From: Microbotryum violaceum
Taxonomy: Eukaryota
Reading direction: 5' to 3'
DNA length: 64,000 nucleotides
Assembly (NCBI GenBank): GCA_001244265.2
Contig: CDLV01000005.1
Coordinates: forward strand, 2,852,001-2,916,000
Below, piece after piece: positions 54,443-64,000 of this stretch. The notes under the pieces are model-generated. The model ran no database searches and had not been told where the DNA came from. It saw only the letters and a list, made by a program, of their open reading frames with translations. Numbering within the stretch: the first letter of the stretch is position 1; each line of letters starts with the position of its first letter. Both the position numbers and the translations under genes were made by a program.

Positions 54443-54914
54443 GATGTTGGATGGGAGGGGAAACGGAAGAGGGTCGTAGAGCCAGCGACGCTACAACTCA
54501 CCCATTTCGTCCCCAGCCAATTTCGACGGGCCATTTCGCGCGCTGGGCTTTGGCTGCACCGCGCGAAGCACCTGGCGAAGGAGGCTGCTGGCCGCCCCCC
54601 TGTGCGGGCCCTGTGAGCTCGGGCCTCCTCGATTTTCGCCAGCGTGGAAACCGGAGGACTTAGGAAACCTTCTCAGGGATGCTGCACAAGCGCAACTGAC
54701 TCTGCTCAAGAGATACACATAGCGAATTATGACAAGTACGTTGCTTACACGCGTACAATGGGCTTCGTGACGCGTCATTCTGTTTCGGAAAGCTATTACA
54801 GGTTAACCAATTTGGCCCCGGAAGCGGAGGCCGTCCGCCCCACATGACCGGCTGTTCAAGCTCTCCCTCCCCATCTCCCTCTCCGCGCACTTTAGCAGTC
54901 CTCCATATCTGCAC

Positions 54915-55447
54915 GTGCTGACCGTATACACAAGTGATTCCAAATCGATTCATACCCACTCCCGCGCTGATCACGACCCCGCCCCTCCCCCACCTTCCTA
55001 CCACGACGAGGAACCCCCTCCGCCCGATCCGAGTGGCGCCGATTTGAACGGATTCTCGGGCTTTAAAGGGGGAGGAGAAGAAAGCGCTGGGAGACGGGAA
55101 TGGGAGGCACAAGGAAGGATTGTTGGATCTGCCCAAGGGATGGACGAGGGAATATGATGCGAGGTGAGTCCGGGATGAGTGGAGACGGGGAGTCGATGGT
55201 GGGTCTCGTGATTTGCTTCGATGAAAGAGGTAATTAGTTGACTCTGCATTCGGCGTTTGATATAGGAATCGATAGTTCGCATCACGTATTCTACGTCGAG
55301 TGAGTTCAGGCTCTAAAACTTTCTCGTATGGCTCGACGTCCGTTGACACTTTCGTTCTTATGCTCAACCCTTCGTATGACGCCACTCGCCACTCGTTCAG
55401 TACGAACAAGAACCCTCCTCGATCCATTGGGTGCACCCTTTTACAGT
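54915..55447 (+). pseudogene. Degraded paralog of the WW-domain gene at 58244; remnants probably extend to ~56650 across the hAT element
   Basis: LPKGWTREYDAR|SHHVFYVD|TNKNPPRSI/WVHP with the same intron positions as the intact gene. Frameshifts, e.g. GATCCATTGG at 55421 versus GATCCATTTGG at 58811. Confidence 0.8.
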
Positions 55448-55592
55448 AGGTCCTATCTGACTCTGAAAAGGCTGATCATGTACGATGCTGATACATCTTT
55501 ATTTACTTCCTTGCCTATGCAGGATGTGAGTATTCGATACGTAATACTGAACAGCAAGTAAGCAGGAGGTTCTCATAGCTCATGATGCGCTC

Positions 55593-56607
55593 CAAGGCTA
55601 CGCTTAAGCTTAGTTAGTTAACTAACTACGCCACCGCAAATAGTTAACTAACTATCCCAACTATTGAGGCATAGTTGATAGTTAGTTAGTTCGGGCTCGG
55701 AGGATATCATAGTTAACTATTATAACTATGGCAACTATAGGGGTCGCCGAGGACTGCCGGGGAACGGAGCATTGGCCGAGATGGCGATTTCTTGACGACG
55801 CCTTGGACCGCCTACGATGCGGAACGCGCCTTTTCCGCTGGGCGCCGTACCATTAATCAACTGCAAAACGCCACTTCCGGGTCCCTCTTGAATGCTAAGA
55901 CGTGCGTTGGCAGCTGGGCCGGCGCTGTTGCTGAGAATGACGCTGCTCGTAAGAAAATTGGTTGCAGTGATCGAGTTACGCTGATATTTACTCGTGAATT
56001 TTTTCTGTTGTCCTGCCGCACCTTCTGGTCTCATCGCTGACTCCAACTCTGCATACATATCTACAGCTATCGTCAGATTGTCATACAGCGCGCAGCCCTC
56101 AAAGGTCGTGTCCGCCAAGACGCGCGCCACAGGAACTAGTAGAGAAACAATTCACCTCGATGATGATGATGAGGTGTAAGTCTGACATGTAGAATCTTGT
56201 TCAAATGACAGATTACTGTTGTCAACGGTTGTTTCAAGAGTAGGTCTACCGCTCGAGTTCACTATACTATTACACTATCATATGAGGATAGTTTGAGAGC
56301 ATGGCATCGAGCGGCTCTCACAAGTCGGTGGCAGAGCCAGAGGATCAAGAGGTTCAATACAGCTACACAATTGCTACATACTGCTGAGCCGTATGGGGTA
56401 ATTGCGTTTGGTAAGCCCTCAACGACGCTCGGCGTGCGTCATTATTAGGGGCCATTTCGATAGTTTTTCATAGTTAACTATCCCAATATAGTTAGTTAAC
56501 TAACTATTGGGTCATAGTTGATAGTTAGATAGTTATGGCTGGAAGGTGGGATTTTACACATAGTCAACTAACTAACTATGGAGCAACTAAGCTTAAGCGT
56601 AGCCTTG
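55593..56607 (+). mobile_element. Non-autonomous (internally deleted) hAT DNA transposon, 1015 bp
   Basis: Perfect 23-bp TIR CAAGGCTACGCTTAAGCTTAGTT and 8-bp TSD ATGCGCTC (55585-55592, 56608-56615). Many subterminal TAGTT/AACTA repeats. Retains the hAT C-terminal dimerization motif LAEMA-DFLTTP..DAERAFSAGRRTIN..CVGSW (~55770-55920). Confidence 0.93.
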
Positions 56608-56959
56608 ATGCGCTCCTTCTTCACCTCCTCATCAGCCGGCCTTTTTGAACAACGTCTCTGTTGTCTAGGTGGTAGGCCATCGGTAACGAGGCGCGGCGCG
56701 CGTCCAGAGGGATCGATTGGTTTTAAGGCGATGGATCAAATTTAGTGTCTGAGTGGATTATATTCTTGCGCGTGGGCCTATGCCTTCGCAATGCGGACTC
56801 CCTTGTTTAGCTTTTCTTTAATCACTTGTTCCTCAACTATCGGTTCTGACACTGCTGCGTATCATCCTACCGCTGCCACCTCTATAGGTGGTGCACTTTT
56901 ACTTCAGTTTTTCAAAAACCGAAGCCTCCGCCCTGGGACTTGGCCTTCGCACCGGTGCG

Positions 56960-57380
56960 GGCCCTCGTCTCACAATATTCGATCTGCTCTTGGCGCCCGA
57001 ACTTCTCACCGCGCGCCAAAAGGCGTTACTTAAACAAGACGCCAAGGCACAATCTCTCATTCTGAACCACCTCGACTCGAACAACGCTGTCACTGCTCGT
57101 GCAAGCGCGAGCAGTGACAGCGTTGTTCGAGTCGAGGTGGTTCAGAATTGCGAATCGTGCATCCTTACTCGAATGATGGCAACTCCTCATAATCTACAAT
57201 CCCGGGGGGCAGATCACGTTCTGTATCGCATCTCTATGGAGTTGGGATTTGTCGACTATGAAGACTTCCAAGGCCGATCGATCTATCTTGTTATCGTCGA
57301 TCAGTTCTCAAACGCGAAGTTCACCTATCCGCTTGTCTCCAAGTCTCCGGTTCGAACGAACGAGGCTATTCGGTGATCAA
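56960..57380 (+). mobile_element. Highly deleted Ty1/copia relic (gag fragment fused to integrase fragment)
   Basis: QDAKAQSLILNHL (gag-like), then CESC..LYRISMELGF..GRSIYLVIVDQFSNAKFTYPL (copia integrase-like). No LTRs or TSD found. Confidence 0.55.
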
Positions 57381-58243
57381 GCCAGGACTTGGAGATCGGC
57401 CTCAACAACAACGAAAGTAGAATCCGTTACCGCGAGCCCTCTTTCGGCCACCGTCTACATTGTCGCACTCGGCGACGGCCTCCGAGCCGAAAACCCGTTC
57501 GCTCGGCCGAGTTCTCAAAGATAAAATCACCTCCTCAACTCACGAAGAACGTGAAGCGCTACGTCTCAAACGTTGCGAATACACCGATTAATTGTACGTC
57601 GAATACAAGACCGCGAAAGAGGTTTTGTCAGAGGATTTGAAGGAGGGGAGGTATGAGCAGAGATTTGAGCCGCTTGAGGATGGGGAGAAGAGGGGTGAGA
57701 TGGGTTGGGGTCCTTATGGGTATGGGGTGGTGGTCAAGAGGAATACAGCTCTGATGATCAAGTGAAGTGGAGCTTTTTGTCTGTCTTAATCTTGGTGTGG
57801 AGGCTGGTCGGAGCGCACAGTGACGGCGTGGAGGATTAACCTTGGTTTTATATAGCGCGCCCTCGGAGACGCAAACCCTCTCGAGTCCTTTGTGATCAAC
57901 TAGCTCATCTATGGTATCACGTAGATCATTCGGGTGCAAACACTGTGCTGTGTCGTCTCCACTTGCGAAATTTTGAACTGGTGAAGAAGAGTGAGGGGTG
58001 TGCGAATCCCATCTCAAAGTGGCCTGACCGAGATGAATTGAAGTCTCGGAGAGTGTGGCAGTGCAATTATTAATGCCGCGCCCGTCTGTTATCGATGTTC
58101 ACGCGGGCGCGGACGCGCGGTGCAAGTCGCCGACGGCGCGGCCAAGCGGGTCGAGGTTCTTGGTGGCGAGCGATCGCTTCCACTCTTTTCGAGCTCCTTC
58201 CCATCACTTCCCTTATTCGATAACTGCGCTGCGCCACACGACC

Positions 58244-59562
58244 ATGACTACATCCAAGACTTCCTCCGCCCCTCAACCAGGTCCCAATGAAGCGCCCCCC
58301 TCTTACAATCTCGCCACCACCTCACCAGGACACCAAGATCGTTCCCATCTTTCCGTTCCTGATCGGGAAGAAGACGACCTCTCTACCGATGATGACGAGG
58401 AGGATCATTTGCGCAGGACGACGGGGGTGGATGAAAAGACGAGGAGAAGTATGGAGACCGAGTTGATGGAATTGCCCAAGGGCTGGGTTAGGGAATTCGA
58501 TGCGAGGTGAGTTTGAAGGTCTGGCCTGGGAGGAAGTTGTGTGGTGAGAGCGGGTGCTGCTTGGCGATGACGTCGTCGGTCCTCGGGCTCGGGGAGGGAG
58601 CGAACGAGCCGAAGCCAATGAGAGGAGATGGGACTTTCTGTGAACTGTGAAGACTGACTTTTGTTATTATATTCCCTGGTCGGCGAATAGCTCGCAACAT
58701 GTCTACTACGTCGAGTGAGTGCCCCAGTCGTAGTCTAGGCATTTCTCATGCAGTGGCGTGAGTACGGACTCGAAGGCTTTGTTCGAGCAGCACGACTAAA
58801 GATCCCCCGCGATCCATTTGGGTGCATCCATATGAGGTAAGTGAAATCAACACTTTCGATAGGGAAAGGCTGAAAAAGTATGTTCAGTGCACTTACGAGA
58901 CGTGCAAACTCCCCACAGGACGTGAGTTTGTTGTTAACTCGCCCCAGAAAGCGGTGGCAACGGTTTTCTCAGGGACGCCCTCACTGACCTCCGATGTTTC
59001 CCACTTCGATGTTTCCCACTTCCACCAGCCCGAGTACCTCGCTTCAATCCCCGATACCGAGCGCTCGCGTCTCTTCAACGAGTCGGACCCTCAATACGAA
59101 CAAGGTTCTCACTCTGCCCACGCCTCGACCTCGACCGGGTCATCCTCTCACCCACAAAAACAGCCCGAAAAGCGTTCGTTCGGCCGCAAGCTCAAAGACA
59201 AGATGACCAACTCGACGCACGAAGAACGTCAAGCCGAACGCAAGCGCCAAGCCGAGGAAGAGATGAAACGTCATCAGGCCTACATCCGACGCAGGAAGGC
59301 GATGTTGGAGGCGTCGCAGAATGGGACGTATGCGCCGACGTATGCGGCGCCGCAGACGATGTATGTCAGGAGTGGGGGGTATGGACCTTATGGGGGTGGA
59401 TTTGGGGGCTATGGGAGACCGATGTATGGTGGAGGGTATGGGAGACCAATGTGTGGTGGGGGCTACGGGTATGGGTCACCTTATGGTGGAAGGGGGTTGG
59501 GTGGAGCGGGTATGGGCGCAGGTCTGTTGGGTGGTGTACTGCTGGGTGGTTTGCTCTTCTAG
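58244..59562 (+). CDS. WW-domain protein with PPSY motif and Gly/Tyr-rich C-terminus
   Basis: ELPKGWVREFDAR|SQHVYYVD|TTKDPPRSIWVHPYE across introns; KRSFGRKLKDKMT..HEER; C-terminal GAGLLGGVLLGGLLF. Confidence 0.85.
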
Positions 59563-59679
59563 GCAGCGGAGCATTCATTGCCAGATGCCATCGCCATATG
59601 ATAACCCCTCTTCTTGCTTGGCCCAGCTGTAATATATATAGTCTCATTTTGCATACACGAAGCAAGATCCGCTTCCCAT

Positions 59680-61090
59680 CTACTCGTGAACGAACTCGGC
59701 CTTCTTCTTTTCCGCGAAAGCGCGCATCCCGATCTTTTGGTCCTTCTGCACCGACCAGGAACGCGAACGAACAAGACGATAAGTTTTCCCACTTGCCTAT
59801 CCCATATCCGAAACGAAACGCCTGAAAGAACTGACCGTCGCAAACAATTGATGGAACAACCTCCTCTCGAACCTCAACCCATCCTCCAATCCCAACTCTT
59901 GACTCGCATTCACCGCTTCCTTACCCGCTTGAACGGCGACCCTACCTTTGGAAGCGATCTTACTCGCCACTTTTACGGCCTCGTCTACAACGGCTTGGTT
60001 GTTCGACCCTTCGACGAGTCGGGAAACGAGCCCCCAGGAAGCTGCTTCGGTCGCGGAAAAATTGCGACCGGTGAGAACGATTTCCATCGCGCGCGATTTA
60101 CCGATCGCGTGCACTAGACGTTGGGTCCCACCCGCACCGGGAATGACGCCGAGCTGTGAGGTGGAGAGCAAAAGTCATTATGGGGGATTAGAACGAGGGA
60201 TGGTGAGAAAATACGTCGAGTCGACTTGCGTTGATTTCGGGTTGACCGAACGTCGCGTTCGGGGAGGCGAGAATGATGTCGCACCTAGTGGGGTGGAAAC
60301 GCGTAAGTTTTGGGAGAGAGTCGAACCACAGAGAGAGAGACAAAAGAATGCAAATCTCGCTTACATCATGGCCAATTCACAACCACCACCGAGCTAGATT
60401 TACCAAATCCGACGAACCATTCATCAGCAAACGCAAACTCTTTTCGTCTCCCTTCCACAATACGAAAAACACTCACCGCATACCCACTAACCGCGGCGAT
60501 GATCGGTTTTCTAAACTTGGTCATCTGCGTCCAATGAGCTAGGAAATCATTCTTGTACACATCCGCGAACTCCTTGTCCTTCATCTCTTTGATATCCGCA
60601 CCGGCGGCGAAGGCCTTGTCTGAACCGGTTAGGACGACGCAGCCGATCGAGTCGTCCATGGAGAGGGTGCTGAGGACCGCGTTGAGTTCGTGAAAGAGGG
60701 GGGAGGAGAGGGCTGTGAGGATGACATGAAGTGTTTTGCTATCAGTTTCCGGAACGGGGGGATTGGGTGTTGTACACAGGGTCGAAGGAGGCCTTGGACG
60801 AGGAGCGCGCATGAAAGCTCACCGTTGAGCGCCTTGGGTCGGTTGAGCGTGATCAAGCTTACTCCCGCCGCCGGCGAGGTGACCAGCAGGTTCTCGTACT
60901 GTCCACCTCCACTCGACGACGCAGATGTCGCTTCAGATCGACTGAGAGGGGAGGAAGAGAACGACCGGATCGGTTGGATGGAGTGGGTGGTGGTGAAGGC
61001 CTGGGTTAGGGGCTTAGCGGATGAAGCGAGGAGGGTGCGGGTCGAACGAGACGCGGTGCGACGGGCAGCGAGGCGCAGGGGGGACAACAT
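59680..61090 (-). CDS. Mitochondrial short-chain enoyl-CoA hydratase (crotonase family)
   Basis: Arg/Ser-rich presequence; ITLNRPKALN, LTGSDKAFAAGADIKEM, KPIIAAVSGYA|LGGGCELAMM|CDII, FGQPEI, IPGAGGTQRL, KDQKIGM. Confidence 0.95.
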
Positions 61091-62057
61091 GCTTGGCAGT
61101 GCGAGAGAGATCACTCAGGCCTTGTTGCAGGGTGTCGATTTAGCTTGACTAGGATGCTGGTCGTTGCGTGGTGAGGAGAGGAAGAGCGAGTGCAACTCGG
61201 CAAGTGGGGCCCGGCTCGGCGGCAATCCCCGCGGCGAATCTGACCGGCTGAGCGCTGAGCGCTGATCAAAGAGCCCCGGCCGGCCCTTCCGACGGAAGCC
61301 GACTGTTCAGTTCCGAGTACAGAGATTAGCCTGAAAATGTATAATGAGTTGTTTACGTTGCAGGTACAGCTATCATTCTATCATGTTCGGTCTATTTGCT
61401 CAACACCTCGCCAACCGAGTTTGCAATACAACTCTCAGCTTCACAATTCGGCAATTGCACCTTTGCAAGCTAGCTGAATTCAACGCTGAAGTAGGGTGAG
61501 TGAAAAAAGCCTCGGGTCCTCGCGAACTAGGGCCTGTACTCTGGGTGTGTTACTTTCCCAATTATTACACAACACTGGGTCCAACACTGAGACCAATGGA
61601 CGGTGCTGGAAGCGTGGCGAGGGCTGGCTTTTGGCCCAAACTCGATCAGGTGCGCGGGGAGTTTCATCCATTTCGTCAGTGATCTTGGGGAAATTGACCA
61701 GAACTGACCCAGAGCCGAGGCGCACCAGACGAAGACGACTCCTCTGGTAGCGTCCGTTACGTCGAGCACGACGAGCAATCATCACCTGCTCGCCAACGTC
61801 GACAGCTCACCACTATAGGAACCTCCAGGTACGGTACGGTACGGTCAGCTGTTTTGTGGGCGGGCATTGCTCTATCCAACGTTTGTCGGCGGGCATTGCT
61901 CTATCCCACGCAGCTCGTTGGGGCTTGTTCGGGCCATCACGTGCCTCCAATGTGTCTGACCCCCTGTACTACCCTCGTGTCTCAAGCTGATCCCAAGCCT
62001 TGTTCAACCTTCAGCGATCCGTTGTCCGCTACTGCAGCATCACTCACCCGTAGACTC

Positions 62058-63519
62058 ATGTCATCGGCGCATACTTGGATCCCCAGCTCAATCGCCATCC
62101 CTTACATCACCGCCGCGTTTGCGCTGCTCGTCACCTCGATCGTTGTGCTCATGAGTTTCCTTTGGCGTCGTCGGATTGACTTCTCCGGCAAGGTGCGTCG
62201 CCTTTGAGGCAGTTCGAGCGTACAAAAGGAGGAGAAGAGCTACAGGTACAGACACTGATGCCTTCTACGCATCCAGCACTGCTACATTGGTGGAGGCTCC
62301 GAGGGGCTCGGACTCGCCCTCGCCTGTCTGCTTGTGGAGCGCGGCGCCCACGTCTCGATCGTTTCGAGAAGCAAAGTAAAGTTGGAGGCGGCCCTTGCAC
62401 GCATAGAGGTCAGTGCAAAGACAATATGCTGCGTTCTGGTGCTGGTCGTATGGTCCTGGTTGTAGCTTTTTGCCGCAGCGAGTGCTGACCTTATTCGCTT
62501 GCACCCACTGCAGACCCATCGCCAGTCACCGAGCCAACATATCGCCTCTTACGCGTGCGACCTCACTTTGGCCGACGATGCCGCAGCGACCCTGAACCTG
62601 GCGTGTGAAAAGCTTGGAGAGGCGCCGGATTTCGTCTTTGCGTGCGCTGGCGGGACGATCCCTGGTTTTTTTGCCGACCTCGAGGCCGAGAGTCACTGGC
62701 AAGGCATGCAGTGGAACTTCAAGACCGCACTATGCACGGTCCATGAAGCCACACGACGTATGCGACAAGAGGGAAAACCCGGAAAGATCGTATTCACGGC
62801 CAGCGTCTTGGCTATGATGGGGTTTGCGGGCTACTCGGCGTACACGCCTAGCAAGTACGCAATTAGGGGTATGTGTGACAGACGCTGCGTTTTGACAAAC
62901 ACTCTACCACCGTCGCTCACGTAATATTAATCTTGAGTCCAGGACTGGCCGAGACCCTTCGAAACGAACTGCAGATGTATGGCATTTCAGTCCATCTTTT
63001 CCTGCCCGCAACGATCCTGTCGCCCGGTTTTGTCGAGGAGCAAAAAGTCAAACCGGCCATGACCCGCAGAATCGAAGGACCCGACGTGGGCCTGACTCCC
63101 GAGGTAGTAGCCGCGCACATGATCCGAGGTGAGCAACGCGCGAGAGCTTTAATTACCCGTCCCTACATCTGTTCGGGATCTCTGACTCTGACCACTTTCT
63201 CTATCTCATATGATCAGGCTTGGACCGTGACAACTTCTACATCACGTATGAGCCTGTTGGACACATGCTGCGAAATAGTCGAGGCATCACCCCGCGTAAC
63301 AATGTACTCATTGATACGCTGTGGGGTATTGCCGGAACGGTAGGCTTGTAGCAATTGTCCATAACAGATAATCGAGAAGCTGATGAAAGATTCCTTTGCC
63401 TTCGATATTTGCTGCAGATCGCCTTTCCAATCTGGCGCAGGATATCCCCTGATAGCGAGGTTCGAGCGGAGGCAAAGAAGATTTTGGGTGCGCGCAAGAT
63501 GCAAGAAGGCTCTAGCTAG
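62058..63519 (+). CDS. TSC10: 3-ketodihydrosphingosine reductase (SDR family)
   Basis: N-terminal TM segment; HCYIGGGSEGLGLALA, FACAGG..PGFF, GYSAYTPSKYAIRG|LAETLRNEL, ILSPGFVEEQKVKP..TRRIEG. Confidence 0.88.
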
Positions 63520-64000
63520 GGTACATAGCTCGGGGCTCGTCAATACTGCACCACCCACTAGAGCCTATGCACATCCCCATTTTTAATACAGTCTTTCCCA
63601 GATCAGAGCATACGGCTTCGCAGATGGAATAGGAGGTCTCATCATTGGCCCGCACAGGTTTGAGAAGCGGGAGTAGAGAGGGTTTGAAATGCGCTAGGTT
63701 CTTACGAATGAGGCACTACAGTGGAGTGGAGCGACGAGGATTCCGCCTGCAACACGATCATTTAGATCTTAACTATAGTCTAATATTTCTCCCATATCCC
63801 AGTCGTATAGCCCCGGCTGCAAGATCCCCCCTCTGCGGCGAGGACTATTTTATCGGGCGTCGACAGTCAAACCAATTCGGCGGGGTCGTGTATTATCCTC
63901 AGTGTGTGCCAAGAAGAATCTTGCCGGTAAATCTCGAAGTTTCCTCCCCCATGATCTTGCCGAGATATATCCTACCCCTTACGTGATTGGGTCCAACTTA

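Noticed and set aside
55593-55740. Clustered short repeats resembling a CRISPR or satellite array
   Set aside because: The units are irregular with no repeat-spacer periodicity, and they are explained as hAT subterminal repeats in a eukaryotic locus.
55735-56130. 131-aa minus-strand ORF inside the hAT element as a cargo gene
   Set aside because: It is antisense to the recognisable hAT dimerization-domain remnant and has no ATG start or motif support.

Overview
This is intron-rich, GC-rich fungal genomic DNA. A basidiomycete, probably Pucciniomycotina/Microbotryomycetes-like, is an inference from gene content, intron signals and a TpCpG>TpTpG mutation bias in repeats. About 17 apparently intact spliced genes are recognisable: PRI2, a Ser/Pro-rich conserved protein, SLX4, a CofD/UPF0052 protein, two OSBP/Osh proteins, a uridine-phosphorylase-family enzyme, a membrane protein, an Smr protein, KTI12, two tandem OPT transporters, a DUF218-like protein, RPS26, a WW-domain protein, a mitochondrial enoyl-CoA hydratase and TSC10. 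There are also two pseudogenes. Five mobile-element groups are present. (1) Two diverged members of an unclassified DNA-transposon family with AGGACCCCC TIRs, an 8-bp TSD, ~54-bp periodic subterminal repeats and a shared unknown protein; both sit ~100-120 bp upstream of a host ATG. (2) A Ty1/copia element rearranged into a 353-bp inverted repeat of gag. (3) A young, apparently self-priming Ty3/gypsy chromovirus nested in the copia RT. (4) An internally deleted hAT element inside a WW pseudogene. (5) A copia relic. CDS spans are outer bounds of hand-spliced models, and all alignments were done by eye.
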